A stretch of 62,402 nt of DNA from NCBI GenBank assembly GCA_964628435.1, contig CAZVON010000004.1, forward strand, positions 1 to 62,402, in the 5' to 3' direction. Every line of letters begins with the position of its first letter. Position 1 is the stretch's first letter. The translations under genes and the position numbers were made by a program. Below the pieces are notes generated by a model. It saw only the letters and a program-made list of their open reading frames with translations. It was not told where the DNA came from and made no database searches. This DNA comes from an uncultured Gammaproteobacteria bacterium (GTDB taxonomy: Bacteria > Patescibacteriota > Microgenomatia > Levybacterales > UBA12049). This document shows, piece by piece, positions 12,892 to 22,427 of this stretch.

Positions 12892-13710
12892 ATGACTTTT
12901 TTGCAAAAACTAAAAAAAACAATCAAAAAAAACAACTCACTGCTTTGTATAGGACTAGACCCAGATCTTCAAAAATTCCCTAAATATCTTATTGATAGTG
13001 AAGATCCTATTTTTGAGTTCAATACATCTGTCATTGATAGTACTTACGATCTCGTTTGTGCGTATAAACCAAATATCGCTTTCTACAGTGCCTATGGTAT
13101 CTCTGGATTAAAATCCCTAATCAAAACAATTAAATATATTCACGACAGATATACTGATATACCTGTTATCCTAGATGCCAAACGAGGAGATATTGGTTCA
13201 ACTTCAGAACAGTATGCAAAAGAAGCGTTTGATATCTTTAACGCCGACTCAGTAACAGTAAATCCCTATCTTGGATTTGATGCCCTAGAGCCATTTTTGA
13301 AAAGAAAAAACAAAGGAATAATTATCCTTTGTAGAACCACTAACCCCAGTGCATCTAATTTTCAGGATTTAAAAGTAAATGGAGAACAACTCTATATCAT
13401 AGTTGCAAAAAAAATTATTAAATGGCATAAGCAATATAAAAATTGCCTAATGGTGGTTGGAGCTACATGGCCAAAACATTTGGAAAAAATTCGAAGACTT
13501 GCTCCTGATATGTTTTTTCTTGTACCAGGTATAGAAACCCAAGGTGGAGACCTTCAAAAAACTTTGCAATATGGATCAACAAAACTAAATTCTGGTTTGA
13601 TCATCAACTCATCTCGTGCAATACTTTATGCAAGCAATGGCAAAGATTTTGCAGAGAAAGCAAGAAATGAGGCGCAAAAATTAAGAGAGCAAATAAACAC
13701 CTACCGATGA
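12892..13710 (+). CDS. pyrF: Orotidine 5'-phosphate decarboxylase (long/type-2 form)
   Basis: LCIGLDP, DAKRGDIGST and LVPGIETQGG motifs. Confidence 0.88.
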   Translation: MTFLQKLKKTIKKNNSLLCIGLDPDLQKFPKYLIDSEDPIFEFNTSVIDSTYDLVCAYKPNIAFYSAYGISGLKSLIKTIKYIHDRYTDIPVILDAKRGDIGSTSEQYAKEAFDIFNADSVTVNPYLGFDALEPFLKRKNKGIIILCRTTNPSASNFQDLKVNGEQLYIIVAKKIIKWHKQYKNCLMVVGATWPKHLEKIRRLAPDMFFLVPGIETQGGDLQKTLQYGSTKLNSGLIINSSRAILYASNGKDFAEKARNEAQKLREQINTYR

Positions 13711-14351
13711 AAAATGCAATAGCATTAAATATTCTCAAAAATCTCAAAGCAATCATTACGAACGACCATTTTGTATATACATCAGGAAAACATGGGAGCG
13801 TGTATGTACGTAAAGATATGTTATATCCCCATACAAAAGAGGTTTCAAAAGTAGGAAGATTATTCGCTAAAAAGTTTATAAAATCACATATTGATGTTGT
13901 AGTAGGGCCAGCGCTTGGAGGTATTATATTATCACAATGGACAGCTTATCACTTGTCAAGCATTACAGGGAAAAACGTCTTATCTGTTTTTACCGAAAAA
14001 GTATCTCAACCTGAACAGCTTTTCAACAAAAATCAAGAATTCAAAAGAGGATACGATAGCCTGGTTAAACAAAAAAAGATTTTGATCGTTGAAGATCTTA
14101 CAACAACAGGCGGGTCTATAAAAAGAGTAATAGCTGCAGTTAAAAAAGCTGGTGGAACAATCGTTGCGGCTTGCGTTATGATCAACAGAAATCCAAAACA
14201 CGTTAATACAAGTACTCTTGGAGTACCATTTGACCAGCTGGGTATACTTGAAGCTGAAGCATTTGACCAACATGATTGTCCATATTGCAAAACAAATAGA
14301 CCAATTAATATAACTGTAGGCCACGGAAAGGAATTTCTAGCTCACATCTAG
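13707..14351 (+). CDS. pyrE: Orotate phosphoribosyltransferase-like PRTase
   Basis: PRPP-binding loop ILIVEDLTTTGGS. ATGA overlap with pyrF. Unusual C-terminal CPYC-containing tail. Confidence 0.75.
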   Translation: MKNAIALNILKNLKAIITNDHFVYTSGKHGSVYVRKDMLYPHTKEVSKVGRLFAKKFIKSHIDVVVGPALGGIILSQWTAYHLSSITGKNVLSVFTEKVSQPEQLFNKNQEFKRGYDSLVKQKKILIVEDLTTTGGSIKRVIAAVKKAGGTIVAACVMINRNPKHVNTSTLGVPFDQLGILEAEAFDQHDCPYCKTNRPINITVGHGKEFLAHI

Positions 14352-14398
14352 CTCTTATTTGCGATTTTTTTATAGATTTCATACAATAATAACCGCGC

Positions 14399-14470
14399 GC
14401 CGTCTTAGCTTAATGGCAGAGCAGCGGTATCGTAAACCGCAGGTTATCGGTTCAAGTCCGATAGACGGCT
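14399..14470 (+). tRNA. tRNA-Thr (anticodon CGU)
   Basis: Hand-folded cloverleaf. Acceptor GCCGTCT/AGACGGC, D arm GCTT-AATGGCA-GAGC, anticodon arm GCGGT-ATCGTAA-ACCGC, T arm ATCGG-TTCAAGT-CCGAT. No encoded CCA. Confidence 0.85.
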
Positions 14471-14477
14471 CAGGAGT

Positions 14478-15185
14478 ATGAATCGATCACGTTTGTCAAG
14501 AAAACTGGAGCATCAAACTCTTAAGAGTTTCTTTTTCACCATAATAGGAATTATTGCTATTGTGTTCTTGCTGTTTAAGTTTGGTATTCCGTTTCTCGCA
14601 CAGGTAAGCTTTCTTATATCTGGCAATAAGACCGAGACGTTAAAAAGAAATAAAATAGATTATGTCGCCGCTCCTTTTCTCTATTCTTTACCAAATGCGA
14701 CAAATAGCGCTCAAACATCAATTTCTGGAAAAGCAAGTAAAAACCAGATTATTCATTTGTATGTTAATGACGAACTTATAGACAAAACGAAAACTAAAGC
14801 CGATAATACATTCGAATTTGCAGATATTACCCTTTCTGAGGGAGAAAACAGTATTAAAACAAAGGCGGTAGCCGAAGATAAAACAGAAAGTGAGTTTTCT
14901 GATATGCTAACCGTTACTCTTAGACATAAAGCGCCCACTCTTACTATAGAATCTCCTTCTGACGGACAAACGTATACAAAAGACGAGAATAATGCACAAG
15001 TAAAAGGGAAAACAGATATGGGAACCAAAGTTACCGTAAATGGATACTGGGCAATTGTCGACGCAGAAGGTAACTTTTCATATACGCTGCCATTATCTTC
15101 GGGAGAAAATAAAATAAAGATTATTGCGCAAGACGAAGCAGGCAATAAGACTGAACATGAACGAAAGATTAACTACTCTCCATAA
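14478..15185 (+). CDS. N-terminally membrane-anchored extracytoplasmic protein with two tandem beta-rich repeats that look Ig-like
   Basis: AGGAG Shine-Dalgarno 7 nt upstream and TM segment FFFTIIGIIAIVFLLF. Two internal repeats of the form G-K-x(6-9)-V-x-V-N...(G)N-F...L-x-x-G-E-N-x-I-K...A-x-D-x-(A)-G/x-N/K. The Ig-like fold is a guess from the repeat pattern. Confidence 0.65.
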   Translation: MNRSRLSRKLEHQTLKSFFFTIIGIIAIVFLLFKFGIPFLAQVSFLISGNKTETLKRNKIDYVAAPFLYSLPNATNSAQTSISGKASKNQIIHLYVNDELIDKTKTKADNTFEFADITLSEGENSIKTKAVAEDKTESEFSDMLTVTLRHKAPTLTIESPSDGQTYTKDENNAQVKGKTDMGTKVTVNGYWAIVDAEGNFSYTLPLSSGENKIKIIAQDEAGNKTEHERKINYSP

Positions 15186-16374
15186 CGCCAATTATTGTCC
15201 ATATCCACAACATGATGGACGTATAAAATAAGCTATTAATGAATAACGCATTAACCAATAATCCAATGGACGAACAAAAAACAATAAGTCCAATTATCTG
15301 ATGTTTTTTTTTGTATGCTCTGTACGAACGCATCAAAATAACAGACCACATTCTTATATACACTATAAATCCTACAATTCCTGTTGTAGCAAATACAAAT
15401 AAAAAACTATTGTCTGTTCCAGCATCGGCATGACTTTTATCGGCACCTTTGATATTTCGATAGCCCATATGAACCTGAATATACCTATAGGTATTAAATC
15501 CTACTCCTAATAATGGATTTTCAGATATTATTAACATTGCGTTTCTCATAGATTCTACTCGGGCATATGTTGAGGCAGTTCTTAGCAAGTTAAGATTTTC
15601 TATATAAAAATTTTTTGAAGAAAAAATAAATGTGATTAAGGCAATTATAAGTATAAATAAAAAGAATCTCATTTTTTTCTCAAGGAAACAAAAAGTAAGA
15701 AAAGAGGCAAAAAACATTATAAAAGCGCTACGAGAAAACGTTAAGTAAAGAGCAACAATAATGATTGCTACAGATATAGTTAGGAATGCATTCTTTTTTT
15801 TTAGCATTAATTTTTTTTGTAAAAGAATTGTTCCGATCAACGTGAATACTAATACCAAAAAAGCTCCTGCATAGTTAGGATCAAAAAATACGGTAAAAAG
15901 CCTATACATATGATGATCCCAGCCTAGATAATAAAGATTTTGTAAATTTGAGTAATATATATATTGAATAAACCCAATAAAAGCTATTACTACACCGGCA
16001 ACACATAAGAGAATAAGAATTTTCTTTCTGAATGATTCTGGAAAACTTTTTACGATAAAAAATATTAACGCGTAAAATACGAATCTGACAAGATATAATA
16101 AACCAATGAGAATTTGTTCTTCAGAAAATCTTGGAAAGTTTACCAACAAAGACACACTAGCTATACCACAAAACATGATGATATATTTTCCGATGGCATT
16201 CTTATAAACACTCGATAAATCTTTGAGATTTTGAAGAATCCATGATATGCCCAAAACACCTACCATAATATCAAACAGCTTAATAGCAAGACCATTACCG
16301 TACTCGAGTCGAAATATTTCATTAAATGGTAAAAGGACGATCAGAATAATAAAAACTATTTTTAGTACACCCAT
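15169..16374 (-). CDS. O-antigen ligase/polymerase-like (Wzy_C-type) polytopic membrane protein
   Basis: About 10-12 TM segments. YLTFSRSAFIMFFASF is followed by a larger loop (RTASTYARVESMRNA...GVGFNTY), as in O-antigen ligase family proteins. Confidence 0.6.
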   Translation of the reverse strand: MGVLKIVFIILIVLLPFNEIFRLEYGNGLAIKLFDIMVGVLGISWILQNLKDLSSVYKNAIGKYIIMFCGIASVSLLVNFPRFSEEQILIGLLYLVRFVFYALIFFIVKSFPESFRKKILILLCVAGVVIAFIGFIQYIYYSNLQNLYYLGWDHHMYRLFTVFFDPNYAGAFLVLVFTLIGTILLQKKLMLKKKNAFLTISVAIIIVALYLTFSRSAFIMFFASFLTFCFLEKKMRFFLFILIIALITFIFSSKNFYIENLNLLRTASTYARVESMRNAMLIISENPLLGVGFNTYRYIQVHMGYRNIKGADKSHADAGTDNSFLFVFATTGIVGFIVYIRMWSVILMRSYRAYKKKHQIIGLIVFCSSIGLLVNALFINSLFYTSIMLWIWTIIGVMESS

Positions 16375-17972
16375 TCTTTTTTACCTATGTCTGATATATA
16401 TAATTTCACTTGAGTCTTTGGTTCAAAATAAACCAACTTCCAATTTTTGAATCTTTCTGGCCGTAAAGTGTTTTGAGTTGCCACATACATAAACCGATTG
16501 CCTTTTTCTACCCAAGATGAATCGATAAATGAAAAATCAACATAATAGAGATTATGAAATCCGTATAACAATACCACATCGTTGTTTACAATCTTTTTAA
16601 TGCTATTCTTAACATCATAAAAATCTCCATATGAGAAGCGCAGATTATGTACTAAAAAGTCTTCTTTCGTCTGCTTTCCTAATATCACTGGAATAAATTT
16701 TACGTTTGCTAAGAAACGATACCCGATTGACACAGAAGATATAAATAAAACAAGATATAAGCAAAAAACTTTTAGGAATTTTAATTTAATTGTATCAAAT
16801 ATACCTGCAGCAGCAATTGAAAAAACAGACAAGTACGGCAGAATAAACCTTCCGTCACCTGGCCTAGGGGTAATGTACCAGATAATCACGCTTAGTATGC
16901 AATAAAATAAAATTGGATAGAGCTTTTTATCAATCTGTTTCCAATATAATAATATAAGTGGCGAAAATAATATATAGATCGGTGATATAGGATCATTACT
17001 CTGTACAGATAATTTGATCAGATCCAAAGCGAAACGAGTAATATTTATAATTGAGGACTCAATAGTAACTGGATAAACCTGTGTAAAAAAAGGATATATG
17101 GGATTTCCTGTATGAGAATATGCATATAAAAACCATGGGCTTGCAACAAGCATTGCCAATATGAGAAATAGAAAAGTCACAAAAATCATTTTTGTTTGCT
17201 GTACGTTTTTTAAAAATGTAAAAGAAATAAGTATAAGAAAAATCAAAAGAGAACCAAGAGATAAAAGTTTAATACTTATTGCAAATCCAAGCAGTAATGC
17301 TGCATGTAATATCCATTTCGTGCCTTTTGTCTCTAACCATATTATAAAAGCCCATACCGCAAGCGTTTCAAAAAATGCTCGTGCTAAATCAACATATGCT
17401 GTAGTTGACTCCCAGGCGACTACAAGATTTGAGTAAAAAATTACGACTGCTAGTAATGATATTGTTGGAGAAAAAAACCTTCTACTTATACAATAGACTG
17501 AAAACGCAGTCAGCAACCCAAACGAAAAATGTACAAGTTTTGATCCAGTTTCTTGAAGTAGGAGTAAAAAAGGAATATATAACATTTCGGTCAACTGAGG
17601 CATAACAGAATAATATAAAAGTCCTCCTGTAATATAATCGATTTTGTGATCCAGCATATAGAGTTTAGGAAGAGTTAAGTGATACCATAAAGCATCAAAT
17701 CCGATTTCAGGACCAAACACTCCAATTATGTTTACTATCGCCTGCGCAACAAAAAAAATACACAGTACATAAAACAGCTTATCTTGCTTTTTTTTCAAAA
17801 ATGATAATATTTTTTTAAAAAAACTGTTTAAGTCGATTTTAAAAAAGATAGCTAAAATTATTGTAAAAATTGCTGTAAATCCAATAATTAGTTGAGGATA
17901 AAGTAGTCCAAATATCCCTAAAAAAAATATGGAATATGAGTACACTCCAATTACATAGGCAAACCCAAACAT
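16362..17972 (-). CDS. Large polytopic membrane protein, GT-C-fold (ArnT/PMT-like) glycosyltransferase candidate
   Basis: AAGGAGG Shine-Dalgarno upstream. First-loop motif GFDALWYHLTLPKLY, more than 10 TM segments, and a soluble C-terminal module of about 100 aa. Confidence 0.55.
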   Translation of the reverse strand: MFGFAYVIGVYSYSIFFLGIFGLLYPQLIIGFTAIFTIILAIFFKIDLNSFFKKILSFLKKKQDKLFYVLCIFFVAQAIVNIIGVFGPEIGFDALWYHLTLPKLYMLDHKIDYITGGLLYYSVMPQLTEMLYIPFLLLLQETGSKLVHFSFGLLTAFSVYCISRRFFSPTISLLAVVIFYSNLVVAWESTTAYVDLARAFFETLAVWAFIIWLETKGTKWILHAALLLGFAISIKLLSLGSLLIFLILISFTFLKNVQQTKMIFVTFLFLILAMLVASPWFLYAYSHTGNPIYPFFTQVYPVTIESSIINITRFALDLIKLSVQSNDPISPIYILFSPLILLYWKQIDKKLYPILFYCILSVIIWYITPRPGDGRFILPYLSVFSIAAAGIFDTIKLKFLKVFCLYLVLFISSVSIGYRFLANVKFIPVILGKQTKEDFLVHNLRFSYGDFYDVKNSIKKIVNNDVVLLYGFHNLYYVDFSFIDSSWVEKGNRFMYVATQNTLRPERFKNWKLVYFEPKTQVKLYISDIGKKEWVY

Positions 17973-18077
17973 ATACCTCCTTTACATAAAAGAAATGTCA
18001 TATATTTGTATAAAACAACTATTGCGAATAAATAGTAAACGACCATTAAAAATTTATTCATACGTATCAGTAAATGC

Positions 18078-19802
18078 TTATAGTATTTTATATATATAAT
18101 CATCACCTATTTGTTTCATGAACAGAATATCTACTTTGTCGTTAAGCTTGCCGTAGAGAGTCTCCCAAGTGACAACAGGCTTATTATTGATTCTAAACTT
18201 GTCTCGGTCTAATCCTTTGTATTCGTTTTTATGCAAAATAATAAATTGTATTTTGTTTTCTTTTAACCATCTCAGAAGATGTTCATTTGGAAAATTGAGC
18301 ATAAATTCGTATGTTTTTTGCTGCCATTGGTCAGGTGAAAACCCACTATGCCCATTTACCGTCGGTTTAAAATGTAAAGTATTGTAATACATTCTTTTTA
18401 ATTCAAAATGAGAATATTTAAACATATTCCAGTTATACATAGGAAGCTCAATAATAGCAGAATTTTGAGGTAGTGTCTGAATAAATGAATAAACAGGCGG
18501 GAATTCTGATTTTTTCTCTATTTTTTTTATTTTCATAGGAAAGTCGTACTCTAAAAATACGAGACTACAGAACAAGATTGAAACAATCGCTGATTTTTGT
18601 TTGCTTTTAAAAAGGGCAGCTAAAACTAAACCTACGGCAACAGATAGACCAAAAACAGTCAGCATTTCCCATCTGCCAGAATTTCTAAATCCTTTAAAAC
18701 CGGGAGCAATATAATAAAAGAGAGCATAAGGAAGTGGAATTATAAATGGGATTTTTAACACTTTCCCACCCCATTGCAGTGCCGGCCCTAAGCTTAAGAT
18801 AAAAGAAATGAATGAAATACCTACGAGCGTCTTTAACCGTAATGTTTTTTCTTTTTTGGAGAACGTGAATAAAACTAAAACTACTATAGCAATGATGACT
18901 CCCATTCCTAGGTATCCATCATAAAAATAAGGACCCGTATTATTATTGTAGACAATATCACGGAATAACTCTCCAAGTCTTGTTTTTCCATAAGAATATA
19001 AAAAATACTCTGGCCGATTTGCTGTATGAATCGTATCTCTAATATCTCTTACGTAGTTAAACTCTTGAGACACCGAAATATATGGCAGAACAATAGGAAA
19101 TACAACAGCACAGGTAATTATTAAAAACACAATAGTCTTAGGAGTCAAAATAAATCTTATATGTGATTTGCTCATAATGACATACATAAAAAGTATCAGA
19201 GCATAACAAACTAATAGAAAGTACCCTGGGAGAAAACTATTATATACCTGCAGAACAAAAAAAAACAAAGAAATACCTAAAAACCTGTGCTTTTTTTCTT
19301 CTAAAAATTTGATAAAAAAAAGAAGTGATAAAGGAATCCACTGGATGCTTAATACTTGTAGATGAACGATTTTGTTTACAGTAAATGTAGAAAACGCTAC
19401 AAGCGTACCACTTACCAAAGCCGCGTATATGTTTTTAGTGAGAATGTAAACAAGTAAATAGGTAAAGAATCCCAGGGTTGTCAATGAAAAAATAACATTC
19501 ACATTGAATATGAATGTCGGTTCACTACTAATAAAACTGAAAAAAAATCCAATTACTGAAGAAATAAAATGAGTATCTGAAAAAGCTAATGAATTATTAA
19601 ATGGATAAAATATATTTGCGTTAAAAATATGAAGTATATCATGTTGTAGTGCATGGATATTCCAATTTAATATCCAAGTAATTAGAAGCTCATCTCCCAA
19701 ACCAGGTAGTGAGTCTTGCAAATGAAAAACAAGAGGGAATGTCACATACATACTACCTGTCAAAAAAAATAAAAAGGTAAGAAGGTGAATCAGCTTATGC
19801 AT
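18078..19802 (-). CDS. Large polytopic membrane protein, GT-C-like glycosyltransferase candidate
   Basis: First-loop acidic motif PGLGDELLITWILNW, many TM segments, and a soluble C-terminal module ending DDYIYKIL. Confidence 0.5.
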   Translation of the reverse strand: MHKLIHLLTFLFFLTGSMYVTFPLVFHLQDSLPGLGDELLITWILNWNIHALQHDILHIFNANIFYPFNNSLAFSDTHFISSVIGFFFSFISSEPTFIFNVNVIFSLTTLGFFTYLLVYILTKNIYAALVSGTLVAFSTFTVNKIVHLQVLSIQWIPLSLLFFIKFLEEKKHRFLGISLFFFVLQVYNSFLPGYFLLVCYALILFMYVIMSKSHIRFILTPKTIVFLIITCAVVFPIVLPYISVSQEFNYVRDIRDTIHTANRPEYFLYSYGKTRLGELFRDIVYNNNTGPYFYDGYLGMGVIIAIVVLVLFTFSKKEKTLRLKTLVGISFISFILSLGPALQWGGKVLKIPFIIPLPYALFYYIAPGFKGFRNSGRWEMLTVFGLSVAVGLVLAALFKSKQKSAIVSILFCSLVFLEYDFPMKIKKIEKKSEFPPVYSFIQTLPQNSAIIELPMYNWNMFKYSHFELKRMYYNTLHFKPTVNGHSGFSPDQWQQKTYEFMLNFPNEHLLRWLKENKIQFIILHKNEYKGLDRDKFRINNKPVVTWETLYGKLNDKVDILFMKQIGDDYIYKIL

Positions 19803-19805
19803 AGT

Positions 19806-21275
19806 TTACCAAAGCATTACCCAAAATTCTTGCATTATCAGTACTTGCGTGGCTTGTATCGTCAAAATAATTAGAAAGTCAAAAGTCGTAAGTTTTTTTT
19901 CTTTAGTAATAGCATATCCTACGGCTAAAACAAAAAAAGGGACAAAGGGAAGCCAGATTCTACTTACTTCTCCTCGAACAGTTCCAGATAAATTGAGAGC
20001 AACAATTATTACGAACGATGTTATAAGAACCAGGTCTATGTTTTTTGTTTTTTTTTTAAAAGTTAACGAGATATGTTTAATTATACTTATAAAATAGTAC
20101 GTGGCTATTGGAATGCCCAAAAAAATAAAAAAATCGTACATGTTATAAAAGACCCATGTTGTATATTCTCGACTTTCAGGCAATCCAATGAGTAAAATGC
20201 GGATCATTTCTAAAAAGTTAAATCCATATATTACATATAATAAGATCGGTACTATGAATAAGCCAATCATAAATGTTAAAAAGTTTAGTAAATTTATTTC
20301 TTGAATTAATTTTTGTCGCTTTATATATTTTCTTAAATAAAATAGGAAGAAAAATAATAATACTGGAACTACGGATACGCTTAAAAAAAGTCCAATAAAA
20401 AATATCAATCCTGAGATAAATAGAAAAAACATATTATTCTTGGTAAGACCAATTAAAAATAATAAAAAGGGAACTAAAGAAAAAAAAGGAAGAAAAATAT
20501 CGTTTAAAGGAACAAACAAAATAACACTTGGTATCACCATATATAAAAAAATACTTCTAATACCAACCTCTACTCCATAGAGGTATTTACCAAGATAATA
20601 GAGCGGAATTATAGAACTTGACGATAATAATAGAATGATTGGAATTGAAATAAGCGCTGCAAGTCGTTGAGTAGGTAGTAAGGAAAGCCAAATCGTTTTT
20701 ACATCTGTATGAAGAGGAATCAATGACTGAGTAAATTCTGAAGCTCCAGGAAAATAAGAAGAAATAATATTTATACCAGAAAAAAATAGTATCGCGCCAG
20801 GGGGATGACCTTGCGCGTGCTGAGGCAAAGATAACACAATTTTATTATAAGATTCAAAAAAATTTGAATAATCTGTAATCATCAAAGACGCTGTAAAATA
20901 ACCATTTAAATCAGCATTTATGATTCGGTGCACTAGAACTCCAATTCCAGCTCGGCTAAAATAGAGAATACTTACCTGAAATAAAATACTTAAAAAAACA
21001 AAAAAAAGCAGCAGTTTTTTTTCATTTTTACGAAAACTTACTATATTTTTTTCTATATAAAATACAATAAAAATAATACCTATCAGGACTAATAGTGGAA
21101 ACCATACTTTATGAAAAGTGTTTATAAAAAGGTACGGCCATTGCCAATCAGGGGGATACGGTGCGGGCCCCCGTAAATACGGCGAGACATCAAAACCAAT
21201 TGCAAGAAAAAATAAAAAAGAAAGAATACAAATAATCCCTATTGTTTTTGATCCGCTCTGTGCCATATAAGCCAT
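19806..21275 (-). CDS. Polytopic membrane protein of unknown function (glycan-cluster associated)
   Basis: 489 aa and almost entirely TM helices. Same operon as the GT2 at 21239-22003. No diagnostic motif recognised. Confidence 0.5.
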   Translation of the reverse strand: MAYMAQSGSKTIGIICILSFLFFLAIGFDVSPYLRGPAPYPPDWQWPYLFINTFHKVWFPLLVLIGIIFIVFYIEKNIVSFRKNEKKLLLFFVFLSILFQVSILYFSRAGIGVLVHRIINADLNGYFTASLMITDYSNFFESYNKIVLSLPQHAQGHPPGAILFFSGINIISSYFPGASEFTQSLIPLHTDVKTIWLSLLPTQRLAALISIPIILLLSSSSIIPLYYLGKYLYGVEVGIRSIFLYMVIPSVILFVPLNDIFLPFFSLVPFLLFLIGLTKNNMFFLFISGLIFFIGLFLSVSVVPVLLFFFLFYLRKYIKRQKLIQEINLLNFLTFMIGLFIVPILLYVIYGFNFLEMIRILLIGLPESREYTTWVFYNMYDFFIFLGIPIATYYFISIIKHISLTFKKKTKNIDLVLITSFVIIVALNLSGTVRGEVSRIWLPFVPFFVLAVGYAITKEKKLTTFDFLIILTIQATQVLIMQEFWVMLW

Positions 21276-22003
21276 AGTTTACCTCTTACTAAAAACGAAT
21301 GAAAACTCATTACTATTGCGTGGATAAGACCGGGAATACGATCCAGGAATCCTTTTTTTAATACGTAGTTTACAAAAAACTTGCCCAATGGGTAAGCCAT
21401 AATAGACCACCAATAAACTTTTGCATTATTTTCATATAGTTCCTGCGCTCTTATGTCTGTATAAAAATCTATTTTTCTTAAAAACTCTTCAAGCGATTTA
21501 TGAGGGTAATGATAAAGGGGATTTTTAAGGATACCAATATTTCCTTTTATGTCCCAGCGTTCGTGTACTTTTCCAACCCATTGGCCTGAGTTTTTTCTCC
21601 CAAGTCTAATTAGTTTCATAGTTCCAGCTTCTCCATATTTTAATTCTCTTCCCCACAGAATATCTTTGCGTCTTAGATAATATCCATCAACTTGATGAAA
21701 TGAAGTTTCTTGAGAAACAACTTGTAAAATTTCATTTTTTAGTTCATTTGTAACTATTTCATCCGCATCTATAAACAATACCCACTCTCCTTTGGTTTTT
21801 TCTAAACCAAAATTTCTTTGCGCCGAGAAATCATTGTTGATTGGGTGAATAAATACCCCAACGCCAATTGTTTTTGTAACTTGTATTGTTTTATCATTTG
21901 ATAGGGTGCCAACAACAATTATCTCATCAGACCAAGATAGGCATGATAAACAGTTTTTAATATTTTTCTCTTCGTTTGTTGTTAAAATAACAACGCTAAT
22001 CAT
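21239..22003 (-). CDS. Glycosyltransferase family 2
   Basis: N-terminal ISVVILTTNEEKNIKNCL and the DxD-type motif FIDADE. Confidence 0.8.
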   Translation of the reverse strand: MISVVILTTNEEKNIKNCLSCLSWSDEIIVVGTLSNDKTIQVTKTIGVGVFIHPINNDFSAQRNFGLEKTKGEWVLFIDADEIVTNELKNEILQVVSQETSFHQVDGYYLRRKDILWGRELKYGEAGTMKLIRLGRKNSGQWVGKVHERWDIKGNIGILKNPLYHYPHKSLEEFLRKIDFYTDIRAQELYENNAKVYWWSIMAYPLGKFFVNYVLKKGFLDRIPGLIHAIVMSFHSFLVRGKLWLIWHRADQKQ

Positions 22004-22217
22004 AATATTGTGTTACTTTTAACTATTTTTTTTCTTTTTCAACTTTAATTCCGTTTTTTTGTTTCTTCAATTGCCTTTTAGATTATACTCTTTTCCTTCA
22101 GATTCTTTAACTATACATTTTGTTGCTAATAATCTAGCTAAAAATCTGTACTTTCCTCTTCAGATTATTTTTGTAAAAATAACCAGATCTAGGCCGACTG
22201 CCTCGTCCGCTTAGAAT

Positions 22218-22421
22218 ATGAATTCATCTGCTAGAAAAACATTTTTAAGTCTCTGCACTAGACATAAATGGCCTTGTTTTGATTTACAAAATGAGTTGAG
22301 AAAAACAAACGATCCAAAGAAACTCTTTTTAAGGGGAGATATTCATTTAACGAAAGAGGGTAACTCCATTGCCGAGAATGCTATTTACAACTTCATAAAA
22401 AATAAAACAACTCTTAAATAA
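22218..22421 (+). pseudogene. Possible C-terminal relic of an SGNH/GDSL hydrolase gene (67-aa ORF)
   Basis: DLQNELRKTNDPKKLFLRGDIHLTKEGNSIAENAIYNFI parallels the block-V end of the intact SGNH gene in this window (IDLDKTMPKNLKYFTDDVHYTDLANEKIASVLYEHI). No upstream SGNH blocks are present in any frame. Confidence 0.3.
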
Positions 22422-22427
22422 ATTAAT

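Noticed and set aside
20048-20057. An A10/T10 homopolymer inside the 489-aa membrane protein gene, and similar 9-nt runs elsewhere, as slipped-strand phase-variation switches
   Set aside because: Such runs encode Lys-rich loops (FKKKTKN) and are expected by chance in this AT-rich genome. Without read-level length variation there is no evidence of switching.
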